Shown here in pieces: positions 16,497 through 26,557 of a stretch of 64,000 bases of DNA. The notes under the pieces are model-generated. The model saw only the letters and a list, made by a program, of their open reading frames with translations, searched no databases and was not told the origin of the DNA. The stretch is from contig JBDKSP010000095.1 of the NCBI GenBank assembly GCA_039680575.1, positions 12,910-76,909 of the forward strand, given 5' to 3'. Each line of letters starts with the position of its first letter. The first letter of the stretch is position 1. The translations under genes were made by a program, and so were the position numbers. The stretch comes from Armatimonadota bacterium (GTDB lineage Bacteria; Armatimonadota; UBA5829; DTLH01).

Positions 16497-17551
16497 CTCT
16501 CTGCTCCCTCCAAACTGTGCGAATACAGTACTGATTGCGCTGCCGATAGTACATCCTCCGGTGTTACATCCGTTATACACTCAAAACGTTCGCATTTCGG
16601 CTTCTTATAGCACGGTACACAATCCATATCTTTTCTGACCACTGCGAAGTTATAACGATGAATATGGTTCTGCCATGCAGTTGTAGGACCGAATATCCCT
16701 ACCGACGGCTTTCCGATCGCAACGCTGGTGTGAAGTAGTCCCGTATCGACCGCAACTATTAAAGAACATCTGTCCTGCACTGCCACAGCCTGTTTCAGCG
16801 TTGTACATCCAGCCAGATTGATCGCCGGAGCTTCCGTCTTAGCCAGGATCCTATCGATCAACTCACGGTCTTTTTTTACGCCGAGGAATACACCTCTCAA
16901 GCCCATCTCTTTCCACAAGGAGTCCGCGAGCTTCGACCATCCCTCTTCAGACCAGTGTTTGTTAGCCCTTGTAGTCGCCGGACAGAGGGCTACCGCATGT
17001 TCTCCCACGCCCAATCCTGCTTCGAACGCTATCTCCGCTGCTGACTCACGTTCTTCATCACTGATAGCTATCCGCATATCCCCATCCCGGTCGTCCGGGA
17101 CGATGCCCAGCGGCTCAAGAAGCTTCATATAGCAGGCCATACCGTGCCTGCATCGGCGCTTCGAAGTGGTTTTTGCGCATGCTACGGTCTCATTATAGGC
17201 TACACCGCTGAACTCTCTGCTGTCTGCATAGCCTATCCGCCGCTTTGCTCCTGATGCCGCGGTCACCAGAGCGCTCCGCGCCAGCCCCTGGAAGTCAAGA
17301 GCCACATCAAACTTGCTTTTTCTCAGCACTTGCGCAAGTTTCAGAAAAGACGCAGGACCGCTTCTGTCAAAGGCAATCTTCTCATCTATATCGGGGTTGC
17401 CGTCAAGAATACCTGCCGATTTAGGCTCGACTACCCAGGTAATCCTGGCACCCGGCATACGCCGCCTGAGCGCACGGACAGCAGCCGTAGTCATAACTAC
17501 GTCCCCTATCGCACTCAGTCTGACGATCAATATTGATAAGTCGTTTGACAT
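16493..17551 (-). CDS. GT9 heptosyltransferase (WaaC-like)
   Basis: IVRLSAIGDVV, DFQGLARS, NKHW, VDTGLLH, IFGPT. Confidence 0.88.
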   Translation of the reverse strand: MSNDLSILIVRLSAIGDVVMTTAAVRALRRRMPGARITWVVEPKSAGILDGNPDIDEKIAFDRSGPASFLKLAQVLRKSKFDVALDFQGLARSALVTAASGAKRRIGYADSREFSGVAYNETVACAKTTSKRRCRHGMACYMKLLEPLGIVPDDRDGDMRIAISDEERESAAEIAFEAGLGVGEHAVALCPATTRANKHWSEEGWSKLADSLWKEMGLRGVFLGVKKDRELIDRILAKTEAPAINLAGCTTLKQAVAVQDRCSLIVAVDTGLLHTSVAIGKPSVGIFGPTTAWQNHIHRYNFAVVRKDMDCVPCYKKPKCERFECITDVTPEDVLSAAQSVLYSHSLEGAES

Positions 17552-17569
17552 AAAATTTCAACCGGTTAC

Positions 17570-18310
17570 CTACTCGAACTCTTTTGGTTCCACGCCCGTA
17601 TTCACAGCGATATTCTTTGTTTCTGTCGTTGCCGCCAGTTTACCTTCACTGTTGTATACCTCAGCCTTGGATGGGGACCAAATCCCGTTTACCCTGATAT
17701 GGTCAAAATACAGCGTCTTTACTTTGAGTGAGTCATCTCCAAGCATACGATCGCGTCTCAACAATTTACAATCCTTACCGTCGATCCAGATCAGTTGATA
17801 TTTGCTGCTCTTGGCTGTCTGCAGCTTCAAAACATAAACAGGCGAACCGTCTTCGTTCTTTTCCGTCCGAACCAGGCTGATTTTATATATTTTCCAGATA
17901 GCATCGGATACTACGCCCACATCCAGCGGGCTCATTCGTTTCTCCTGCTCCTTCGATATATCTTCCTGCTTCTTGTACCTCATCGACGGTATTCGGATGT
18001 GTCTGGTATTTCCCGCTGTGATGAATTCGACCTTCACCATACCGAGTGCGCCGTTTATTTTAAGGTTGTCAGGAGTCATAAATACGACTTTTGCACTCTT
18101 GAACTCATAAAGTTCCGCGAAGACCTTACCCATTTTCTTGAGTTCATGCTTGTTTGAATTAACAACGACCAGATTGCATCTCATGTCTTTCAGACTACCG
18201 GCAGCATCTTGAACACGAGACTTAAGACTCTCCAGCTCATCTGCTGCAAAAAGTGTGGATGAAATTGTTATTAAGGCTATAATTGCCGCGAATCCGAATA
18301 ACTTTTTCAA
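17570..18310 (-). CDS. Periplasmic LolA-like / lipoprotein-sorting-fold protein
   Basis: Signal peptide MKKLFGFAAIIALITISSTLFA from TTG 18310; YVLKL...LIWIDGK...NGIWSP...NIAVNTGV...F C-terminal pattern. Confidence 0.6.
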   Translation of the reverse strand: MKKLFGFAAIIALITISSTLFAADELESLKSRVQDAAGSLKDMRCNLVVVNSNKHELKKMGKVFAELYEFKSAKVVFMTPDNLKINGALGMVKVEFITAGNTRHIRIPSMRYKKQEDISKEQEKRMSPLDVGVVSDAIWKIYKISLVRTEKNEDGSPVYVLKLQTAKSSKYQLIWIDGKDCKLLRRDRMLGDDSLKVKTLYFDHIRVNGIWSPSKAEVYNSEGKLAATTETKNIAVNTGVEPKEFE

Positions 18311-19236
18311 CTGCTTGTCTCCATTGATTCTTTGGCTGCTTCCGATGCTCGTCTCCATCTGTCATGGAGCCACAACCACTGAGACGGATCTTTTCTTATC
18401 TCGTCTTCTATTGCCGTGGTCAGTGCCTGTGTCAGCCTGTGAATATCTTCTTTTTCATTACCCGTGGGCGGTACATCTAAAGGCGGATACACCTTTGCTT
18501 TAAACCGGCCTTCTTCATTCCTGCGGGCAAACCCACAGACAACCGGAGCGCCGGTTCTGAGCGCAAATACAGCCGGACCCGTTGCCGTAGCGCAGGGCTT
18601 GCCGAAAAAGTCGACAAATATACCGGTGAACGTATTCTGGTCCGGCAGTATTCCTAAAACCTCATTTCTCTTAAGAGACCTGACCGCCGGAAGTGCGGAA
18701 TTGTTCTTGTCCAGCACGTGGTATCCGGCTGTCTCCCGCATCTTGTTGGCAACACCCGTCATCGCCGGGTCGTCGCTGTTTCGGGCTATCACGCTCACTT
18801 TATAACCGGATAGAACCAGTTTTCTGGCAAATATCTCCCAGTTGCCCAGGTGAGCCGTTATAAGAATAACACCATGACCCTTGGCCAGAGCTTCATCCAG
18901 ATATTCTCTTCCTTCAAGATCTATCCAACTGTCGAGTTCCTCAGGCGGCAGGTGCAGGATATGCAGAAACTCCAGCGCCCCTTTTGCAAAATGCCTGCAG
19001 GTGTTTCTGGCGGTCGCGCGGACCTTTTTCTCGTCCCATTCAGGATATGCCGCCGTGAGGTTTTTTATGGCTACCCGCCGGTACCTTCGGGACATAAGAA
19101 ACATAAAATCTCCCAGTCTTTTGCCCCACCTGCTGATATTCGATTTGTTCAACTTGCTCGACAAACGCAGGAGTACCCATACCGCTGTCCTCCCGCCTAG
19201 TAATTCCAGTCTTTTACTCAGCTTTCGGTGTTTCAT
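18307..19236 (-). CDS. lpxL: Lipid A secondary acyltransferase (LpxL/HtrB family)
   Basis: TAHLGNWE, LPDQ, FFG, PSQWLWLHDRW. Confidence 0.9.
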   Translation of the reverse strand: MKHRKLSKRLELLGGRTAVWVLLRLSSKLNKSNISRWGKRLGDFMFLMSRRYRRVAIKNLTAAYPEWDEKKVRATARNTCRHFAKGALEFLHILHLPPEELDSWIDLEGREYLDEALAKGHGVILITAHLGNWEIFARKLVLSGYKVSVIARNSDDPAMTGVANKMRETAGYHVLDKNNSALPAVRSLKRNEVLGILPDQNTFTGIFVDFFGKPCATATGPAVFALRTGAPVVCGFARRNEEGRFKAKVYPPLDVPPTGNEKEDIHRLTQALTTAIEDEIRKDPSQWLWLHDRWRRASEAAKESMETSS

Positions 19237-21584
19237 AAACCAACCACCATATCCAAAAGCCGGTCCATATTATCTATCATAAGCTCAATGTCCAACACAT
19301 ACATGTTTTCTAGACGCAGTTTTACAGCATCTTTTGCCGTTGTTACTATAGCTTGTGCCCCACTTGTCTCAAATGCCCGCTGAACAGCATCCACTTGCTC
19401 TTTGGAATACGAACAATGGTCCCCGAAGGTCATTCTTTTCTTTATATCCGCGCCGCACTCGTTGAGGAGAATATCAAATGATTCAGGGCTTGCTATACCG
19501 GACACCGCTACTATCGCCATCCCCTGAATCTTCGAAACGGGAAGCCGCTCACCCGTTTTACAGTCGATCAAGGCGCTCGGAGCTTTACCCGCTGTGAATA
19601 TTTCGGCGTCAGGTGCTTGGTATGCCAACTCGGACTTAAGACCGGCTGAGCGGTCGGTATCAACCAGTTCCTTGCCCGTGATCATAACCGCGTTGGCTCG
19701 TTTGATCCCGCTTACCGGCTCACGGAGGTCGCCGGCGGGTAATAACATGCCCATTCCAAACGGTTTGTCCGCGCGCACAAGTGTTATCTCGACATCCCGG
19801 TGAAGCTGCCAGTACTGCATTCCGTCATCTAGCACTATCACATCCGGGCTGAACCTCTCGATAAGAGCCAGTCCCATCTTTCGCCTGTCTTTTCCTATAG
19901 CAACCGGGACACCGGGAAGCGCATCAGCAAGAAGCGCGGGCTCATCCCCACACTCGGCTGCATCCAGATACCGCATATCACCGTTCGAAACAAGCGCACC
20001 CACTTTGCAAAGGCTTCCACCGTGTCCCCTGCTGAGTATCGCAGGCTTCAGCCCACGTCGTATCAAACCTTCACATATCGCTCGGACCGCTGGGGATTTC
20101 CCAGTCCCCCCGAATGTCAGGTTCCCAACGCTTACGACGCGGCATGGCAGTCTGTAGCGCTCACGATAACCGAGCTTGTAAGGCAACAGATACACCCATA
20201 ACCCGAAGCCATATAACCACGAAAACGGCAAAAGCAGGATACTGGGGGACAGTACGTGTTCAGATGCTCCGCGATCCTTCTGTTCCCTGTTCCCTGTTCC
20301 CTGTTTACTCGCCTCGACTATCCTCTCCGCGTATCTCCTTGACGCACCTCTGTTTGCACTCATCATCTCAAGAGCAAATTTTCGTATATCATCCAGTGCA
20401 GGAGCGTGTAATTGCAGATTCTTTATGTGTTTCGCAATCTCTTCTGCATCCTTGACTTCAAAACCAACTCCAGCATCCACAGCCTGTCTGACCAGATCGC
20501 GCGCCTTAAACGTGTAAGGCCCGAAAAGGACCGGCTTCCCCTGCGCTATCGGCTGGAGGATATTATGGCCGCCTTTCGGGATCAGGCTTCCCCCGACGAA
20601 CGCCACATCACCAACCGCATAGACTGCGGCAAGCTCACCGAAGGTATCGAGGATGATAACGTCCTCTTTTCCTGATATACTCTCTGGACGGCTTCTTCTT
20701 CCACAGGATAGACCTCTGGCATTCGCCATTTCAGCTATTTCATCGGCGCGTTCTATCTGCCTTGGGGCGAGTATCATTCTGAGATCGGGAATAGACTGCC
20801 GCGCTAGCTTGAATGCATCCAGCACTGGCTCATCTTCGCCTGGATTGATGCTTCCGGCGATAAATACTCTCTGGCCTTTTACTAGGCCAAAGCGCATTCT
20901 TATCTCTTCGATCTCCGGCTCAGAAAGCGGGTCTGACTCTTGATCGAACTTGCAGTTACCGACGACCTCTACCCGTTTTTTTGAAGCGCCAAGTGCGATT
21001 ATCCGCTCTGCATCGGCATCCGTCTGCATGAGCATCTTTTGCACGTTGGAAAGAGCCCACTGATAGAGCGGCTTTATCATTCTACCTGTTCTTACAGTGC
21101 GGTCGGAGACAATTCCGTTCACTATCAGCGTTCGAACACCGATTCTTCTGGCCAAATTGAGGAAATTCGGCCAGATCTCGCTTTCGATGCTTACAAAAAC
21201 ATCCGGATCGACTACATCCAGCGACTTTAGCACGAAAAATGGGATATCCAGCGGGAAATATATGATATTATCCGCCTCAGGAAGTGATTTCCTGGCCATC
21301 TCCTGGCCTGTACTCGTCGTGGTGGAAACTATAATCTCCGCATCAGGAGAAATAGCCTTTATCTCGCGGAGTATCGGCGCGCTTGCGACTACTTCACCGA
21401 CCGATACGGCTTGAATCCAGATACGCGGCCGTTTTATTGATCTTCTGCATACACTTTCGGGGAGCATGCCCATCTGCTGCCGCCACGCTTTACGGGATTT
21501 CCCTGATCCAAAGACTCTCCAGATATAATATGCAGCTAGAATCGGGCTGAACAAAAGGAGCAGGAGGTTATAGACAATCAGCAT
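19233..21584 (-). CDS. waaA-lpxK: Fused Kdo transferase - tetraacyldisaccharide 4'-kinase (WaaA-LpxK)
   Basis: N half: IWIQAVSVGEV, ESEIWPN, GNCKFD, FVGGSL...GGHN. C half: SVGNLTFGGTGKSP, LSRGHG, GDEP, LDDGMQ, LLPAGDLREP, TTAKDAVK. Start set at ATG 21584. Confidence 0.92.
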   Translation of the reverse strand: MLIVYNLLLLLFSPILAAYYIWRVFGSGKSRKAWRQQMGMLPESVCRRSIKRPRIWIQAVSVGEVVASAPILREIKAISPDAEIIVSTTTSTGQEMARKSLPEADNIIYFPLDIPFFVLKSLDVVDPDVFVSIESEIWPNFLNLARRIGVRTLIVNGIVSDRTVRTGRMIKPLYQWALSNVQKMLMQTDADAERIIALGASKKRVEVVGNCKFDQESDPLSEPEIEEIRMRFGLVKGQRVFIAGSINPGEDEPVLDAFKLARQSIPDLRMILAPRQIERADEIAEMANARGLSCGRRSRPESISGKEDVIILDTFGELAAVYAVGDVAFVGGSLIPKGGHNILQPIAQGKPVLFGPYTFKARDLVRQAVDAGVGFEVKDAEEIAKHIKNLQLHAPALDDIRKFALEMMSANRGASRRYAERIVEASKQGTGNREQKDRGASEHVLSPSILLLPFSWLYGFGLWVYLLPYKLGYRERYRLPCRVVSVGNLTFGGTGKSPAVRAICEGLIRRGLKPAILSRGHGGSLCKVGALVSNGDMRYLDAAECGDEPALLADALPGVPVAIGKDRRKMGLALIERFSPDVIVLDDGMQYWQLHRDVEITLVRADKPFGMGMLLPAGDLREPVSGIKRANAVMITGKELVDTDRSAGLKSELAYQAPDAEIFTAGKAPSALIDCKTGERLPVSKIQGMAIVAVSGIASPESFDILLNECGADIKKRMTFGDHCSYSKEQVDAVQRAFETSGAQAIVTTAKDAVKLRLENMYVLDIELMIDNMDRLLDMVVGL
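20274..20305. repeat. (CTGTTCC)n heptamer tract encoding the WaaA-LpxK linker KQGTGNREQKD
   Basis: About 3.7 tandem units at 20280-20305; 20274-20289 is the exact reverse complement of 63734-63749. Confidence 0.8.
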
Positions 21585-22263
21585 CCTGCTTTCCCTTTCC
21601 AAACAGTTCCACAGCGGCTTTTTCATCGGCCGCGCTTATTGCTTTTCCTATCACTTCGGACCATTTCGCCCGGTCTTCATCCGTCTCGCAGGCCTCGACA
21701 TGCACCAGCTCACCGAATACAACAACAGCTTTCGAAAATGGCTTCGGAACCTCGTGCTTATCCCATGAATTAAAACGCCACACGCGGGAGCATGCAATAC
21801 CGACGGGTAGAATTCCGCAGCCTGACCTCTCAGCCATCATTACTATCCCTTGCTGCACTACTTTTGCCGGACCGCGAGGTCCGTCCGGCGTAAGCGTTAT
21901 GATCCCGCCGTCCTTTATGCGTTTCACTGATTCGAGCAGCGCCTTTGCGCCATGCGCACGGCTGGAACCGTGGATTATGTTATAACCACGGGACTGAAGA
22001 AGTCTTGCCTGAAGCTCTCCATCGCGAGATACGGATACAATCGCCCAAAGCCCCTTGTGACGGCAGTAGTATATTGGTAGTATAGTCGTCCCGTGCCATG
22101 TGCCCAGTATGCCGCCTTGTCCGGAGCCGAGCATTTCTTCAAGCCGTTCGAGTCCAACGGACCTGATCCTCACCGTACAGGCGATCCCCGTAGAAACAAG
22201 CCACAGCAGCCGCCAGATTATCTCAGCTCTGAGTTTTTTCCAGATGTCCTTCACTGGAAGCAA
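21568..22263 (-). CDS. DUF374 acyltransferase (LpxJ-like)
   Basis: TWHG, VSVSRDGE, IHGSS, TPDGPRGP, SWDKHEVPKPFS; lipid A context. Confidence 0.8.
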   Translation of the reverse strand: MLPVKDIWKKLRAEIIWRLLWLVSTGIACTVRIRSVGLERLEEMLGSGQGGILGTWHGTTILPIYYCRHKGLWAIVSVSRDGELQARLLQSRGYNIIHGSSRAHGAKALLESVKRIKDGGIITLTPDGPRGPAKVVQQGIVMMAERSGCGILPVGIACSRVWRFNSWDKHEVPKPFSKAVVVFGELVHVEACETDEDRAKWSEVIGKAISAADEKAAVELFGKGKQDADCL

Positions 22264-23992
22264 CTACCTCTTCTTTTTCTAAATCGAACTGTGTATGGTA
22301 CAACCCGGCGAAAACGCCTCCCTGCTGCATCAGTTCATCAAAACTCCCCTGTTCGACTATTTTGCCGTCTCCGAGGACGATAATAGAATCAGCCTGCTTT
22401 ATGGTAGATAGCCTGTGGGCAATAACAAGCGTCGTCCGCCCGACCATTAGCTTATCGAGTGCTTCCTGTACCAATCGCTCGGAAGTCGCATCGAGAGAGC
22501 TTGTAGCTTCATCGAGTATAAGTATGCGAGGGTCCTTAAGGATTGCTCTTGCTATGGCAATCCTCTGTCTTTCACCACCCGAAAGCCTTGCTCCCCGTTC
22601 GCCAAGCACAGTCTTGTAGCCGTCATCGAACTGTGTAATGAACATATGAGCATTTGCTGCACGAGCGGCCTGCTCTACTTCATCATCATTTGCATCCGGC
22701 CTTCCATAAGCTATGTTGTCCCGGATTGTCCCGCTGAACAGGATCGTCTCCTGCGGAACTATACCGATATGCCTTCTAAGAGACTCCATAGTCACAGAAC
22801 GGACGTCATGCCCATCGACCATCACTGCTCCGCCTGAAACCTCGTAGAACCTTGGGATCAGGTTCGCAACAGTGGATTTTCCGGCACCGCTTGGTCCAAC
22901 TACGGCGACTGCCTTACCCGGCTCCATCGCAAATGAAAGATTCCTCAGAACCTGCTCGCCGGTCTGGTAAGAGAATGCGACATCATTAAACTCGACACGG
23001 CCAACTATATCACCAAGGTCAGCGGCGACGGATGAATCCGTAATATCCGGTGCTTCACCCAATACTTCGAATATACGCTCAATACCAGCCATTGTCTGGT
23101 GATATGTTACATTCAATCTACCGATCTTTTTTGCTGAACTGGCGACATAGATCGCCAGCCCACCGAATTCGAACAACCCACCGACGGTCATTCGGTGCTG
23201 TGCTGTTAAGTACCCACCAACCAGAAGTATTACAACAACTGCAAGAGAACCAAAAAACTCAGTTACTGGAGTAACTGCAGCGTTGCGGCGCGCACCCTTT
23301 AGGGCAGCCTTGAGGCTCGCATCGTTCTGTTCTTTAAAACGCTCAATTTCCTGCTTTTCCATACCGAAAGATTTTACAATCCTGATACCGGCCATTGTTT
23401 CTTCCAGTACGGCAGTCACATCCGCGAGCTTCAGTTGGAGCATCATTGTCAGTTTTCGCATCTTCCGAGTAATCTTGCTGATTAATAAGCCCATTAATGG
23501 CACGAAAACGACACCCACCAGCGCCAGAATCCAGTTTATTGAAAACATCCTGGCAATTCCGCCGATTACCAGTAATGGAGCGTTTATGGCATCTGTCGCG
23601 GCTCCTGAGCCGTTTTGGATCAGTCCTACATCGTTTGTCATCCTCGACATAAGGTGTCCAATCCTGTTTCTCTCGAAGAAGCTGAGCGACATTGCCTGCA
23701 AGTGGGAATACATTTTATTGCGTATATCAACGGCAATGCGGTTTGTAGCAAGCGCGATCAGGTAAAACTGCCAGTATCCTGCAATCCCTTTCGGAAACTG
23801 AAGTCCGACAAAAAACACAGCAACCATTGTGATGGTGTTCCAGTCGCCCTTACCTGCGGCATCCGTAAACAATCGCAACAGATACATAGTCACTATATCG
23901 CTGCCGGTTGCTATTCCACCAAGTAGCGCTCCCCAAAGAAAACACCATTTGTGTTCCAGCAAATATTCTAACAGTCGTTTCCGATTATCCAA
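22223..23992 (-). CDS. msbA: Lipid A flippase ABC transporter MsbA
   Basis: TM domain plus GPSGAGKST, LSGGERQR, ILDEATSSLD; context. Confidence 0.88.
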   Translation of the reverse strand: MDNRKRLLEYLLEHKWCFLWGALLGGIATGSDIVTMYLLRLFTDAAGKGDWNTITMVAVFFVGLQFPKGIAGYWQFYLIALATNRIAVDIRNKMYSHLQAMSLSFFERNRIGHLMSRMTNDVGLIQNGSGAATDAINAPLLVIGGIARMFSINWILALVGVVFVPLMGLLISKITRKMRKLTMMLQLKLADVTAVLEETMAGIRIVKSFGMEKQEIERFKEQNDASLKAALKGARRNAAVTPVTEFFGSLAVVVILLVGGYLTAQHRMTVGGLFEFGGLAIYVASSAKKIGRLNVTYHQTMAGIERIFEVLGEAPDITDSSVAADLGDIVGRVEFNDVAFSYQTGEQVLRNLSFAMEPGKAVAVVGPSGAGKSTVANLIPRFYEVSGGAVMVDGHDVRSVTMESLRRHIGIVPQETILFSGTIRDNIAYGRPDANDDEVEQAARAANAHMFITQFDDGYKTVLGERGARLSGGERQRIAIARAILKDPRILILDEATSSLDATSERLVQEALDKLMVGRTTLVIAHRLSTIKQADSIIVLGDGKIVEQGSFDELMQQGGVFAGLYHTQFDLEKEEVVASSEGHLEKTQS

Positions 23993-24001
23993 TGTTGCTT
24001 C

Positions 24002-24541
24002 CTAACTGCCAAGCATCATTTTGACGACAAATGCAATTACTATAATCAGGGTTCCTATAATCGTTTTACCTTCTTTGTTCAAGTTGGCTTGTTTGATCGA
24101 GAACCGATGACCTTCCGCCTCAACATTTGCTTTGATGCTGGGAATTATCCGTGGGACTCTTTCGCAATACAGCTTGAAATCATCGCCGAACTGCTCAACT
24201 AAAAACCGCTCTTCCCATATGACTGCCGCACCGTGGAATGCAAAGAAGAGAGGCATCACAATAGCCCATACCAGCCACCCGGCAGTCATTGTGCAATAGC
24301 CGCATGTTATGAAAAAGCTGCCGATGTAAAGCGGGTTCCTAACATAAGAGAAGGGGCCTGAAACCGTCAGCACTTCTGATTTAATAAGATGTCCAGCAGA
24401 CCATATTCTGATTGCCTCGCCAAATACAACCAAAACAAGCCCTGCGAGGAAAGTCGAAAACACGGGCTTTCCGAATAGCAGCATTATTATGGGCGCAGCT
24501 AATAAGAAGAATGTCCTGCGCCTGAAAAGAAAAAAGCTCAG
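24002..24541 (-). CDS. ICMT/Ste14/PEMT-family membrane methyltransferase (LmtA-like); start uncertain (CTG 24541 or ATG 24736)
   Basis: IRIWSAGH, LTVSGPFSYVRNPLYIG, EERFL..FG..F..Y...VPR. Confidence 0.75.
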   Translation of the reverse strand: MSFFLFRRRTFFLLAAPIIMLLFGKPVFSTFLAGLVLVVFGEAIRIWSAGHLIKSEVLTVSGPFSYVRNPLYIGSFFITCGYCTMTAGWLVWAIVMPLFFAFHGAAVIWEERFLVEQFGDDFKLYCERVPRIIPSIKANVEAEGHRFSIKQANLNKEGKTIIGTLIIVIAFVVKMMLGS

Positions 24542-25761
24542 GCTCTTGGCAGCAGACCCGCCGCCGCCAATACCACTTTCGCGGCTCTGCCTGTCCCTCC
24601 AGGTACGCCAAGTACCTCCCGTGCGGACTGGAGTGCCTGCTTCATTCTCTGGAGTTCCACCGGTTCCCTCAGATTCTTGACAGCAAGCTCCGCTATCTTC
24701 TCGGGTGACGCCTGGTTCCCTAGTAATTCCGGACATATTTCCCTCCCAGCAACAATGTTGGGCATCCCAATAAATTGCTCAAGTATACTTTTCCTAAATA
24801 GGTATTCTATTTTCATAAGCGAGGAACCACGATACACAATGATCATCGGTGTTGTCAATATCATTGCTTCAAGCGTCGCGGTCCCCGAACAACTGATTAA
24901 AAGGTCTGAATTGGCCATCACATCGTATGTCCGGCCTTGCAAAACATAAATATTCTCTGGAAATGAATTCGTGCCGGCTTTAAAATCTTTCAGTATCTGA
25001 TTGATTTTCCCAGCGGCTTTATCGGACCCGGCCGCGATTATAAAGCAGCACTTGTAAGGAACTTCATTTTCGATAATCGACGTGGCTTTCAGCATTGTGG
25101 GCAGTATATTGTCGATCTCATGCATTCTGCTGCCTGGTAAGATCCCCACTATCCGCATACCCTTTGGTATATCTAATCCGGGATCAAACGCGTCGATCAA
25201 TTGCTTTATATCCATCGACGGCACTACCTGGTCCAAATGAGGATGCCCTAAGAAATGAGCGTCCGCTCCCGCTTTGGCCAGTATTTCAGCAGACCACGGG
25301 AACGGCGTAATAATCTTGTCCGATGCTGCCAGAAGGCTGGAATTCTTGCCAGGTCGCTTCCGCCATGAACCTGGCGGGAAATAGTAGACTGTTGGTATCC
25401 CTTGCTTTCTTGCGAATTTACCCAGCTTGACGTTAAAAGCACCGAAATCTATCGGTACAAATACATCAGGCCGCCGTTTGCAGAACTCTCTCTTAAGTCC
25501 GGCCAGTTCGCCTAGAAGCCTTGGGACCAACTTGAGAGATTCGACTATTCCTATTGCACCGACACTCGAAAAGTCCGAGACAAGTTCGATACCGGCGGCG
25601 CGCATCCTTGGCCCACCTGCTCCCCATATAGAAATATCCGGGCAAAGCTTCCGAAGTTCAACGGCTAGAGCGCTGCCGCTCGCATCCCCGGAGGCTTCAC
25701 CTGCGACTATTGCTATCGATGGCACTGTGATCTTAGCCACGGTGTTCTGATTGCCTGCCAT
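24538..25761 (-). CDS. lpxB: Lipid-A-disaccharide synthase
   Basis: VAGEASGD, IDFGAFN, FLGHP, ILPGSRMHE, SGTATLE, IGMPNI. Confidence 0.93.
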   Translation of the reverse strand: MAGNQNTVAKITVPSIAIVAGEASGDASGSALAVELRKLCPDISIWGAGGPRMRAAGIELVSDFSSVGAIGIVESLKLVPRLLGELAGLKREFCKRRPDVFVPIDFGAFNVKLGKFARKQGIPTVYYFPPGSWRKRPGKNSSLLAASDKIITPFPWSAEILAKAGADAHFLGHPHLDQVVPSMDIKQLIDAFDPGLDIPKGMRIVGILPGSRMHEIDNILPTMLKATSIIENEVPYKCCFIIAAGSDKAAGKINQILKDFKAGTNSFPENIYVLQGRTYDVMANSDLLISCSGTATLEAMILTTPMIIVYRGSSLMKIEYLFRKSILEQFIGMPNIVAGREICPELLGNQASPEKIAELAVKNLREPVELQRMKQALQSAREVLGVPGGTGRAAKVVLAAAGLLPRA

Positions 25762-26557
25762 TACGGCCGCACTTCATGTTCTTGACGAAGTCCAGGAGAT
25801 ATTCCAGTTCTTCGCATGGCTCCACTTCGGCCTCGATCCTCTCGATCGCCTGAGTTATGTTAAGAGACGATCTGTAAAGCAGTTTGTAGCTCTGCCTCAG
25901 CGCCGCGCGCGATCTGGGCACTACGCCGCTTCTTCGCAGTCCAATTACATTGAGGTCGTAGACCTTGATCGGCCTGCCATCTGCCAGCATAAACGGCGGA
26001 ATATCCTGCACTACCTTTGACATTCCACCGACCATAGCGAGCTTTCCTATGCGTACATTTTGGTGCACACCGGCCATACCGCTCAAGATCACTTTATCTT
26101 CGACCTGTACATGACCGCTAATGCCTGCCATATTTGCCATTGTGATGTAGTTGGCGAGCCTGCAGTTATGCGCGACATGGCAGTAGGCCATCAGCATGTT
26201 GTTATTACCGATAACAGTGCTGTTACCCTCTCCACTTGCGCGATGAATTGTACAGAACTCCCTTATGATATTTTCATCGCCGATTTCGAGATAACTCTGC
26301 TCTCCATGGAACTTATAGTCCTGAGGCGCGCCACCAAGCACAGCGCTTACACCGATATGGCAATTGCGACCAATCGTCGTATTGCACTCTATAACGGCAT
26401 GGTGCTCAATCTTGGTCCCATCACCTATTTTCACATCAGGACCAATGACGCAGTATGATCCAACCGCGACACTATCACCAATCTCTGCAGATGGATGGAT
26501 TATCGCCGTTGAATGTATCCCGGTCGCAACTTCCGGATTCATCATTCCATTCCTCAC
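25733..26557 (-). CDS. lpxA: UDP-N-acetylglucosamine acyltransferase (start may be ATG 26545)
   Basis: Hexapeptide repeats, GGAPQDYKF, IREFCTIHR, HVAHNC, LNVIGLRR. Confidence 0.95.
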   Translation of the reverse strand: MRNGMMNPEVATGIHSTAIIHPSAEIGDSVAVGSYCVIGPDVKIGDGTKIEHHAVIECNTTIGRNCHIGVSAVLGGAPQDYKFHGEQSYLEIGDENIIREFCTIHRASGEGNSTVIGNNNMLMAYCHVAHNCRLANYITMANMAGISGHVQVEDKVILSGMAGVHQNVRIGKLAMVGGMSKVVQDIPPFMLADGRPIKVYDLNVIGLRRSGVVPRSRAALRQSYKLLYRSSLNITQAIERIEAEVEPCEELEYLLDFVKNMKCGRNGRQSEHRG

